Of a DNA stretch of 64,000 nt, positions 56,579 through 64,000 are shown one piece after another. The notes beneath the pieces are model-generated. The model was not told the origin of the DNA, made no database searches, and saw nothing but the letters and a program-made list of their open reading frames with translations. The stretch's first letter is position 1. Each line of letters starts with the position of its first letter. A program made the position numbers and the translations under genes. Source of the stretch: a virus (lineage: Duplodnaviria; Heunggongvirae; Uroviricota; Caudoviricetes); the IMG/VR virus record IMGVR_UViG_3300021963_000024. One strand, 5' to 3'.

Positions 56579-57895
56579 CTACCAAACGATAGTTTCTTCA
56601 TCACCTTGTTCATCTTTCACTTCATTGAAAAGTGCTTCATCTGTTGATTTAACATATTTTTGAACAAGTTGTTTAATAAATACTCTTTCACTATCCAACC
56701 CACCATCATTACTGAAATATGGTAAGATAGCGATTTCAGCCGCTTCCATTAAGGTAAACCCATCATAGATAAGACCGGCAGCTTCCACATTCACACGTGT
56801 CGAAATGATTGTTGAGATTTTACTCATATCAGTTTTGATTAACTGACGAGTTGTATCAGCAATCTCGGATAAAGCTTGTAATGCATATTCATCAGCTTCA
56901 GGGAATTTGAATTTCAACAATGCCAATTCACTATCCTTATCCAACAAATCCATTTCAATAGTTACGAAACGGTCCATAATCGCACGGTCCATAATACGTG
57001 TAGACGTATATTCGTTACCAATGTTTGCCGTTGCGATGAATGTAACACCATTTGCTACTTTAACAATTGGTGAACCTTCAGCCTCGTCCAATCGTAAATA
57101 ACGCTGTCCGGCATCCAACACAGTCATTAAGATATTCCAAGCTTCTGGGTGAGCACGGCTAATCTCGTCCAATAGGATGATTGCGTTTGGAGTGCTGATT
57201 GCTTTTACGAAAGCGGATTCAGCAAAGAATGTTCCGTTTTCTTTATTAAAGTGTGTGTTACCGATAAGAGTAGCACGTGGGTCTTGCGTTGCACCTAAGT
57301 TGAAATAAAAGTCAGGACGCTTCAATGAACGAACTAACGATTGAGATGCCAAAGTTTTACCACAACCAGTAGGACCAGTCATCATAATATTCTTACCACG
57401 AACTGCTGAACGAAGAAGATACTTCCACTTAAGCGGTTCAATGAATAATCCTTCAGGTTTCAATTCACCACCTTTCTCGTGGATAAATTGTTTCAAATGT
57501 TCGTGTGTTTCAAATGCTTCACTTACACTATCACATGCAGCATCTTCAATAACATTTGCTAATTTTTTAAATTCATCCATCTCAACAAGTTTGTAAGAAA
57601 GATTACCACTTTTGTTTACAAAACCACGGATTGCTTTATTCTCCGTATGTGCTTGTTTCATTTTTTGTTTCGAAATACCATCGACTTTTGTATCAATGAT
57701 ATCACTCTTTGTGGTCATAAGTGCGAAACTTCTACCCACTTGCACAATTTTGTAACATTCATTTGTGAAACCTACATTGGTATCCACTGTCTTTTGAGTT
57801 GTTTTGCGTCCACTCACACGCTTTGCCGTTTTACGAGCCATAGTTTTCGATTTAGTAGTTTTTGTAACATTTTTCTTACGCATAGAAATATCCAT
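56579..57895 (-). CDS. cobS: AAA+ ATPase, MoxR/CbbQ/CobS-like
   Basis: Walker A GPTGCGKT, Walker B ILLDEISRA, and IATANIGNEY...MDRF typical of AAA_5. N-terminal basic extension. Confidence 0.7.
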   Translation of the reverse strand: MDISMRKKNVTKTTKSKTMARKTAKRVSGRKTTQKTVDTNVGFTNECYKIVQVGRSFALMTTKSDIIDTKVDGISKQKMKQAHTENKAIRGFVNKSGNLSYKLVEMDEFKKLANVIEDAACDSVSEAFETHEHLKQFIHEKGGELKPEGLFIEPLKWKYLLRSAVRGKNIMMTGPTGCGKTLASQSLVRSLKRPDFYFNLGATQDPRATLIGNTHFNKENGTFFAESAFVKAISTPNAIILLDEISRAHPEAWNILMTVLDAGQRYLRLDEAEGSPIVKVANGVTFIATANIGNEYTSTRIMDRAIMDRFVTIEMDLLDKDSELALLKFKFPEADEYALQALSEIADTTRQLIKTDMSKISTIISTRVNVEAAGLIYDGFTLMEAAEIAILPYFSNDGGLDSERVFIKQLVQKYVKSTDEALFNEVKDEQGDEETIVW

Positions 57896-57917
57896 TTAAT
57901 TGGTGATTGATTTATCA

Positions 57918-57946
57918 AATATACGAAAAATTTCCCGTTTCACCAA
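57918..57946 (-). promoter_or_regulatory. sigma70-like promoter TTGGTG-N17-TATATT upstream of the AAA+ gene
   Basis: Minus-strand read TTGGTGAAACGGGAAATTTTTCGTATATT. Confidence 0.5.
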
Positions 57947-57962
57947 ATTTATTTTTAATTAA

Positions 57963-58031
57963 TTGATTATCAATGATTTATGTAATAAAAAAAGGGGTAA
58001 TATATACCCCTTTGATTATCAATGAGTTATG
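57963..58031. promoter_or_regulatory. operator-hairpin-operator cassette
   Basis: Operators at 57963-57982 and 58012-58031 flank the terminator hairpin AAAGGGGTA-atata-TACCCCTTT (57991-58013). Confidence 0.55.
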
Positions 58032-58054
58032 AAATAACCCTTTATTTTACTGCT

Positions 58055-60310
58055 TTACGATTTTTTCAAAAACAATTCATTCATTGTTTTCGCAACTTCA
58101 AACATATTTTCAACATTTACATATTTGGCATCATTACCATAACATTTTTTGAATATACTCCAATCGGATGAATGTTCAAATCTATCTTTACTATATTCAG
58201 TAATAAAGTAAGATAAAACATTTATGCCAGTTTGTTGCATTTTTTTCACTTGTCTACGAGTATGTTCTGCCGCATTTTCTCCGCCGTAATGTATTTCATC
58301 ACCACCACTATTGATACTATATGTTGGTTGACCATCGGAGAAATTTAAGAAATAACTATCCGTATCATTTGTTGATGGGATAAGTTGTTTCAATATTGCT
58401 TCAAAACACAAACCTTCAGGTGTTGTATTGGTTACATCTAGTTTACTCATATAATCGCAGAATTGTTTGAAACTATCTCTACGACTATCATATACCATTG
58501 CAACATATGGTAGAGAACGTCCACCACTTTCGGTAGAACGAATTGATACCTGTATGTTAATGTTTCTAGCCATTATACATGCTTTAACAATTGCAACGGT
58601 TGATGTAACCGCTTTCTTAATCTTTTCACCACTCATAGAGCCAGAGTAGTCGATTGAGATATGTAAGTTTGCTTTTTTGTATTGGTCTACTTCTTTTGAA
58701 TAGAATACATTTTCATTATCATATCCCAAAGATGCAACCAATCTACCATCAATTTTACCTTTCTTCAATCGGTTAAAGATAGTATCTCTACTTTCACTAC
58801 GAATTTGTAGCTTCTTACCTAACAAAGTTCCTAACATAACACCTCTTTTAACTTCATCTAAGTAAGGAGTAGATAATCCTTCACTTCTCCAACTTTTGCG
58901 TGTGAATGGAAAATCATCACTTTCCAATAATGATGTAGTAAGTTTCTTTACAACAATACAATCCACACCTTTACCAATTCTATCACCATGTTGGTTTTGA
59001 TAATCGTTACCAACACGAACCAATTCGGTGCCAGAATCCTGTATGTTTTCCAACTTATCAACTTCTTGCTTAGATATTTTTTTCTTCTTAATATCACCAT
59101 TCAAGAAATCTTTCTGCTTTTGGAATTTCTTCTTAAGCTGGTCCAATGCAGATTTGGATAATGAACTTGCATTAGCATTACCACTTTGGTCACTACTTTC
59201 TTTAGCGTTTGTAGGATTTACATCTGCTGAACCACTTGCACCACCCATATCGTTGTTCTCACCATCGCCGGTTTCATTCACATCAGCGGTTGGGTCATTA
59301 TTTGGTTGACCGGATTGTGAGTTACCATTACCCTTACCACCACTTTGTTGTTGCTGTGAAGCATCTACATAACCCAATATATCTGTCATAATATCAATGG
59401 ATAATTGCAGTGAGTCTTTGGATGATTTCAATCTACTGATATTTTTCAAATCCAATTTACGATAAATACCACGCAATCCTTTGAGTTTACTCAAGTCAGT
59501 ATTCTCATTCATAATGTTAATGATACGAAACATATAACTCTCAATTGTTTCATCCGTAAATTCATCGGACTTCACACCTTTCGTTACCGCTTTATCATTG
59601 AAATAATGGTCATACATAGTTACATAATAATCACGATAGCCAGGTGCTGAATTGTATATGTAATGGTCAATACGTCTATCTTCAATCCAATTTGTCAAAC
59701 CTTGTAGAGTGTCTAATACCATATCATTTGGAAAACCAAACTTACCAATTTTACCTGTATTAAGGTATATTTGTTTAAGTTGTTCTACATAGTTTTTACC
59801 ATTACTTTCAATGAGTGAGTTATTATTCTTCTCAATAGCCGCTTCATCAAACAAAATAGGTTGCCCATTATCCGTAGATAATTTATTTTGATATGCAGCG
59901 TGGTTTATATTTCTTACCAATGTATCACGCATATTTGAAAGCGTTTCTAACATTTCAAAATCGGATAAAATGATATGAGAACCTTCGTGCAATGCCAAAC
60001 CTACCGAAACGTCAAAGTTATCTTCTACATCTGCAGAAAGAATAACTTTTTTACCATCCGTCATACTCTCACTTTTAGTAGCGAAAGAAACAGGAATTGA
60101 TTTGTTAGTTACAATTTGAACGAAATTTGAAATCGCTCTACGCACTGATGCTAATTTGTAAAGGTTGTGCGTTTTCTTATATGCATCTAAATCTTTCTTT
60201 TGATAATTTCCATACGTCTCAAGATAGTCAAAAGACGTATCATAATCATCATACCAAAAGGATGAAGCATAATTTTTCACCTTTCCAATTGTGGATTTGT
60301 ACCAACTCAT
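58055..60310 (-). CDS. cobT: VWA-domain protein, CobT-like partner of the AAA+ ATPase
   Basis: C-terminal VWA with MIDAS DYSGSMSG. Start set at the ATG at 60308-60310 (MSWYK); the ORF-track start at 60367 is a TTG that lies inside the upstream promoter. Confidence 0.65.
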   Translation of the reverse strand: MSWYKSTIGKVKNYASSFWYDDYDTSFDYLETYGNYQKKDLDAYKKTHNLYKLASVRRAISNFVQIVTNKSIPVSFATKSESMTDGKKVILSADVEDNFDVSVGLALHEGSHIILSDFEMLETLSNMRDTLVRNINHAAYQNKLSTDNGQPILFDEAAIEKNNNSLIESNGKNYVEQLKQIYLNTGKIGKFGFPNDMVLDTLQGLTNWIEDRRIDHYIYNSAPGYRDYYVTMYDHYFNDKAVTKGVKSDEFTDETIESYMFRIINIMNENTDLSKLKGLRGIYRKLDLKNISRLKSSKDSLQLSIDIMTDILGYVDASQQQQSGGKGNGNSQSGQPNNDPTADVNETGDGENNDMGGASGSADVNPTNAKESSDQSGNANASSLSKSALDQLKKKFQKQKDFLNGDIKKKKISKQEVDKLENIQDSGTELVRVGNDYQNQHGDRIGKGVDCIVVKKLTTSLLESDDFPFTRKSWRSEGLSTPYLDEVKRGVMLGTLLGKKLQIRSESRDTIFNRLKKGKIDGRLVASLGYDNENVFYSKEVDQYKKANLHISIDYSGSMSGEKIKKAVTSTVAIVKACIMARNINIQVSIRSTESGGRSLPYVAMVYDSRRDSFKQFCDYMSKLDVTNTTPEGLCFEAILKQLIPSTNDTDSYFLNFSDGQPTYSINSGGDEIHYGGENAAEHTRRQVKKMQQTGINVLSYFITEYSKDRFEHSSDWSIFKKCYGNDAKYVNVENMFEVAKTMNELFLKKS

Positions 60311-60338
60311 AGTAATAAATTTTTGTGTGATTTCATTA

Positions 60339-60367
60339 AATATACGAAAAATTTTTGAATTTACCAA
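60339..60367 (-). promoter_or_regulatory. sigma70-like promoter TTGGTA-N17-TATATT upstream of the VWA gene
   Basis: Minus-strand read TTGGTAAATTCAAAAATTTTTCGTATATT. Confidence 0.5.
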
Positions 60368-60394
60368 ATATTTATGAAAGTTTTTTTTAATATG

Positions 60395-60462
60395 TTGAAA
60401 ATCAATCAGTTATGCAATAAAAAAAGGCTTAATATATAAGCCTTTGATTATCAATTAGTTAT
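60395..60462. promoter_or_regulatory. operator-hairpin-operator cassette
   Basis: Operators at 60395-60414 and 60444-60462 flank the hairpin AAGGCTTA-atatat-TAAGCCTT (60424-60444). Confidence 0.55.
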
Positions 60463-60474
60463 AAAATGCCCATT

Positions 60475-60660
60475 TTATAGGGTAAAATCTTCATTATTTT
60501 TTAAACCTTTCGCATTTTGTGTTTTATTTCCAACGACTGTTATTTTTGTTTGCGGTTGAATTGTTTGCTGTTTTTCTAATATTTCATTTTGCTTTTTTAG
60601 AAGGTCTCTAATTTCCTGTAAAACAACCAACATATCAAATTCATGTGCCATATTATTCAT
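60475..60660 (-). CDS. hypothetical protein
   Basis: 61 aa ORF. Confidence 0.3.
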   Translation of the reverse strand: MNNMAHEFDMLVVLQEIRDLLKKQNEILEKQQTIQPQTKITVVGNKTQNAKGLKNNEDFTL

Positions 60661-61735
60661 TTAATAGTTTTGTAAATATTTTTTCACTTTGAGAATAATC
60701 ATTCAAATATTCAAAAAGTATTTTTCTATTGTTTATAGATTTATTTAAAAATTCATTATATTTGTTTTCAATTTCATCTTCACTTGCAGATTGAATCCAA
60801 TCCGTAAAATTTTTAATGGATTGTTTTACATCTTGATATGATGTAATTGTATCTTTAAATTCAAAATTCAATAAATAATATCCTCTATTTTTCAAATAGT
60901 TTAATATAACTTCGGATGTTACCAATAAAAATGGTTTTCCAAAAAATAAACCTTTAAATGTTTTTTCTGTTATAAAACATTCGGTAGTATTAGCAGGATT
61001 TAGTGTTTCAAATATCAAATTAAAATTACAATACAAATAATCATTTATTGCTTCAAAATGTTTATACTTTGGATATAACAAATCATATGCATCATTTGCT
61101 GAATCCTTTTTTGATAATAATAATTCTAATCCATTTATTCCTTTTATAAAGTCCGTTCTCCAAGAACTATTTGCATGTGCTCTAACATATGAAAATAGTT
61201 TTGATACATTTTTATTATATTTTGGTATTTCCATATTTTTTAATAACCCTTCCAACCAAACATAACCAATGTAATACCTAAAATATCTAAATGGCAATTC
61301 CAAATCTAAAATAAAATTATCATTTATTTCCAATTCAGGTCTTTTTGATCCAGAATATATTAAATCATAATTTATATTTTCAATATCCTTTATAAATCCT
61401 TTTTCAAAAACTTCGGCATAATGCCAAATAAACATTTTTTTACAATTAATTAATTCATTTGTTCTTTTGATTGTATGAAATGCTTTTATATTTTCAATGA
61501 TAACAATTATCTTTTCAAACGCACTAAAAAAGGAATCAGATTCATTTAAGTAATCCGATTCCGTTCTATAAAATACAAACTTTGTATTTAAATTTTTGTG
61601 AAAATAAAATTGCTTTGAATTTGAATCAAAATCAGATGCATCAAACTTTGATTCATATATCAAATTTTCTTTTCCAAATAATCCTAAAAATATTGGTATT
61701 TGATTTGAATACCCTACAAATATACAAAGATTCAT
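60653..61735 (-). CDS. hypothetical protein
   Basis: 360 aa, Phe/Tyr/Asn-rich. Confidence 0.4.
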   Translation of the reverse strand: MNLCIFVGYSNQIPIFLGLFGKENLIYESKFDASDFDSNSKQFYFHKNLNTKFVFYRTESDYLNESDSFFSAFEKIIVIIENIKAFHTIKRTNELINCKKMFIWHYAEVFEKGFIKDIENINYDLIYSGSKRPELEINDNFILDLELPFRYFRYYIGYVWLEGLLKNMEIPKYNKNVSKLFSYVRAHANSSWRTDFIKGINGLELLLSKKDSANDAYDLLYPKYKHFEAINDYLYCNFNLIFETLNPANTTECFITEKTFKGLFFGKPFLLVTSEVILNYLKNRGYYLLNFEFKDTITSYQDVKQSIKNFTDWIQSASEDEIENKYNEFLNKSINNRKILFEYLNDYSQSEKIFTKLLNE

Positions 61736-62073
61736 TATTCTGTTTCTTGTGAAATAATCGTTCCGTATTGTTCCGCTGCTTTTTTATTCCTTTCTAAGAA
61801 TATTTGATATGCCATTTGATATCTACCCAATTCTATTTGACATGGATAGTTTTCAGTATACAAAGAATCATTTGCTTTTTCCAACGAGTCTATTCTATTT
61901 CTTAGTGAATCAATAATCATACCACGTTGAATATCTCCGCCTGTATAAACTTCTATTTTTGGTTCACTTCGCAATTTTGCTAATTCTTTTTGTTGTAAAT
62001 AACAAATCAACAATACTGCCACAGCGCCAGTTCCTACGATTGCTTTCTGATACTTTTGAATGAATTCTTTCAT
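61735..62073 (-). CDS. membrane-anchored protein
   Basis: N-terminal TM helix. 112 aa. Confidence 0.35.
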   Translation of the reverse strand: MKEFIQKYQKAIVGTGAVAVLLICYLQQKELAKLRSEPKIEVYTGGDIQRGMIIDSLRNRIDSLEKANDSLYTENYPCQIELGRYQMAYQIFLERNKKAAEQYGTIISQETE

Positions 62074-62091
62074 AACTTTTTATTTTAAAAT

Positions 62092-62286
62092 TTAAAAATC
62101 ACCTTCAGAGTTGATAAGGTTATCATCCCACCCATCTCTTCCGGCAGTATTTGGGACATCATCCCAGTTCAAAAAATCTTCACCTTTGTAATCGGGATGA
62201 TTTTCTTTCATATAATCAATTCCTTTTACCCATGACCAAGATAAAAGTGCGGTTCCTAAAACCATAAACAAAATAACAAACAACAT
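62092..62286 (-). CDS. small membrane protein
   Basis: 64 aa, N-terminal TM helix. Confidence 0.3.
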   Translation of the reverse strand: MLFVILFMVLGTALLSWSWVKGIDYMKENHPDYKGEDFLNWDDVPNTAGRDGWDDNLINSEGDF

Positions 62287-62317
62287 AAAATATATAATAA
62301 AGGGTTAATAAACTCTT

Positions 62318-62896
62318 TTAATCCCACCAAGCTCTCATATCCGTTCCATCATATGCCCATCCATACTTCTTTGAACGTTTAGTTCCTTTGAATATTTCCC
62401 AAAGTTCTTTCCATTCTTTTTCTTCCAACTCTCTAGCCGTTTCAAAGACCAATCTATTATGTGCTTTTTCTTCTTCCGTTTCCTTATCCACCAATCGCAT
62501 ATTACCATTCTCTACTGGTTCAAACTCCCAATCATGCATAATCAATTCACCCAATTCGGATTCAGCTCTATCTATATAATCATCATCCAATTTATGCTTT
62601 AGTAGTTCCAATGCCCTACGCATACTTTGAATTTTTGGTTCTCTGGTTTCCGATACTTCAATACCTTTAAGACTCAGTTCTTTTTCCATAATCTGGATCG
62701 AGCGATAAAGCATTTCAAGTGTGAATCTATAATCCCACCAACGATGCGACCATAATTCTTTTCTGAACTTCCAAATATTTCCAATAAATTGTGGAATATC
62801 GTAACGGAATAAAGCGTAAAATCTATATACCTTACTTTGATGCCACATTAACCTTTTTATAGATTTTGTGAAAGTATCTGTGATATGAACATCCAT
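62318..62896 (-). CDS. hypothetical protein
   Basis: 192 aa, Trp/Arg-rich. Confidence 0.4.
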   Translation of the reverse strand: MDVHITDTFTKSIKRLMWHQSKVYRFYALFRYDIPQFIGNIWKFRKELWSHRWWDYRFTLEMLYRSIQIMEKELSLKGIEVSETREPKIQSMRRALELLKHKLDDDYIDRAESELGELIMHDWEFEPVENGNMRLVDKETEEEKAHNRLVFETARELEEKEWKELWEIFKGTKRSKKYGWAYDGTDMRAWWD

Positions 62897-62938
62897 AACT
62901 ATTTGTTTTTTGTTTTTTTAAATAAGTTTTTTAATTAT

Positions 62939-63196
62939 TTATTGATTAACTTCCCAAACGTGCCAAACAAATGGGCCATCGAATAATGAATCAATGTAGG
63001 TATGCGTTAAATAATCGAATTCAAAATTATGACCCGTACCAATTATTTCAAAATTACGATAGGATGTTTGCTTTTGATTTGGGTCTACTAATACCCACAT
63101 TTGCATAATACCATTTTGAATTCCAACTTTTAAAACTTGCGAGTCAATTGGTAATGAAACTGTTCTCGCTAATTCGTATTTGTAAATCGTTCTCAT
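62939..63196 (-). CDS. hypothetical protein
   Basis: 85 aa ORF. Confidence 0.35.
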   Translation of the reverse strand: MRTIYKYELARTVSLPIDSQVLKVGIQNGIMQMWVLVDPNQKQTSYRNFEIIGTGHNFEFDYLTHTYIDSLFDGPFVWHVWEVNQ

Positions 63197-63336
63197 ATTA
63201 TTTTCTTTTAAATAAATCTTTTAAACTTTTTCCTTTTTTTATTATATTTCCGTTTTCATCCATCATTGGTGCAGTATATATCTCATATGCTAACCAAATT
63301 CCTGTGCCTATTAACCCGATTGCAATATATTCCATA

Positions 63337-63819
63337 TTATTTATTTTTCATTATATTATATCTACGATGTCTTTCTTCTTCAGAAAGTATTTGTTCAGGT
63401 GCGTAGGTATGTGCTATGTTTACTTTAACACATACTTCTGGTAATTTATTATTTCTAAAATAGTTGTTTACATAACCGATAATGTTAGCTGCTCCTATTG
63501 GATTAGCTGAGTGAACATATACGGTTGGCAATGGAATTTTCTTATTCATTGCTTCCGCAACTAAGTATCTTGCACAATCCATACCTGTTTTTTCAGGTAT
63601 ACGATTATAATCTAATTCGTAGTTTGGTTTAACATTAGTATAATATTCAACCATTGCACCTTCACCCAAATCGTGGTCTAAAGAAATAACTTCGTAATTT
63701 TCCAAACCATTCATTTTGATATGAGCAATGAATTCATCATAATTTCTAACCACTTGCCACTCACCTTCGGTTGGTATCCTCACATCATCCAAATACAACC
63801 ATATCTTATTCTTTTTCAT
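63337..63819 (-). CDS. hypothetical protein
   Basis: 160 aa ORF. Confidence 0.4.
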   Translation of the reverse strand: MKKNKIWLYLDDVRIPTEGEWQVVRNYDEFIAHIKMNGLENYEVISLDHDLGEGAMVEYYTNVKPNYELDYNRIPEKTGMDCARYLVAEAMNKKIPLPTVYVHSANPIGAANIIGYVNNYFRNNKLPEVCVKVNIAHTYAPEQILSEEERHRRYNIMKNK

Positions 63820-64000
63820 TTTCTAAATTTTTAATGTGTTTAATCAACATATCCGCAACTAATCTATGCCCTTCAATACATGCATGCTCTTCTTTGTAAT
63901 TATATTTGTAATTACCATTCCACGCCTTTGCTTTATTCCAAATTTGTAATTGTTTTGTTTGTAAAAACCCATTTATTGCACCGGGAGTAGGAACATCTAT
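63806..64000 (-). CDS. hypothetical protein, partial (N-terminus beyond the window end)
   Basis: Open minus-strand frame ending at the TAA at 63806-63808. Overlaps the start of the downstream gene by 14 nt. Confidence 0.3.
   Translation of the reverse strand: MDVPTPGAINGFLQTKQLQIWNKAKAWNGNYKYNYKEEHACIEGHRLVADMLIKHIKNLENEKE

Noticed and set aside
336-63444. All plus-strand ORFs in the supplied track (60-161 aa), for example 1986-2279, 13226-13519, 24173-24550, 29897-30382 and 55886-56209
   Set aside because: Every one lies antisense within a longer, motif-supported or well-coupled minus-strand gene. They are Leu/Phe/Ile/Ser-rich, as expected for the reverse complement of AT-rich coding DNA, and none has a recognisable motif.
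1-64000. CRISPR array, integrase or transposase signatures
   Set aside because: No regularly spaced identical repeats with unique spacers were seen. The intergenic repeats are operator palindromes with variable spacing. No tyrosine or serine recombinase or DDE transposase motifs were recognised.

Overview
AT-rich segment of a T4-like (Tevenvirinae-type) myovirus genome, most likely from a marine phage of an AT-rich host. All credible genes, roughly 115, lie on the minus strand in one tightly packed array; starts and stops overlap by 1-4 nt at many junctions, which suggests translational coupling. The window opens in the baseplate module: a partial gp25 wedge lysozyme-like protein and a gp5-like hub. 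It then runs through a long accessory region that reads like auxiliary metabolism and tailoring functions. Calls supported by motifs include a NodU/CmcH carbamoyltransferase, peptide deformylase, UV-damage endonuclease UvdE, Hsp20, an HD hydrolase, a NadM-like nucleotidyltransferase and an ATP-dependent DNA ligase. There is also a CobS/MoxR-like AAA+ ATPase paired with a CobT-like VWA protein, an SPFH/band-7 protein, an NlpC/P60 peptidase, a GIY-YIG protein, SWIM and DksA/TraR-type zinc fingers, and a gp55-like late sigma factor. The most unusual content is a contiguous ~7.5 kb operon (11176-18722). It holds a radical-SAM enzyme, two sulfotransferase-like proteins, four 2OG-Fe(II) oxygenase-like proteins, an SGNH hydrolase, a zinc-ribbon protein and a 511-aa protein ending in an 8-Cys tail. 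A second radical-SAM paralog sits at 39091-40290, and there are further SGNH paralogs. Together with the NodU-like carbamoyltransferase and a NodH-like PRTGST sulfotransferase motif, this looks like a phage-borne toolkit for decorating a glycan or peptide substrate. The non-coding DNA is also richly structured. A 27-bp palindromic operator (ATAACT-nn-TTGA-nnn-TCAA-nn-AGTTAT) recurs about 14 times in four intergenic hubs. A sigma70-like promoter family (TTGGyA-N17-TATATT) has four minus-strand copies. Eight hairpin/T-tract terminators are present. Other elements are a duplicated ~120-bp upstream element, two paralogous GC-rich structured islands that may be ncRNAs, two tRNA-like acceptor/T-arm minihelices, and an iteron-rich 600-bp non-coding region. 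No canonical full-length tRNA, CRISPR array, integrase or transposase was recognised.
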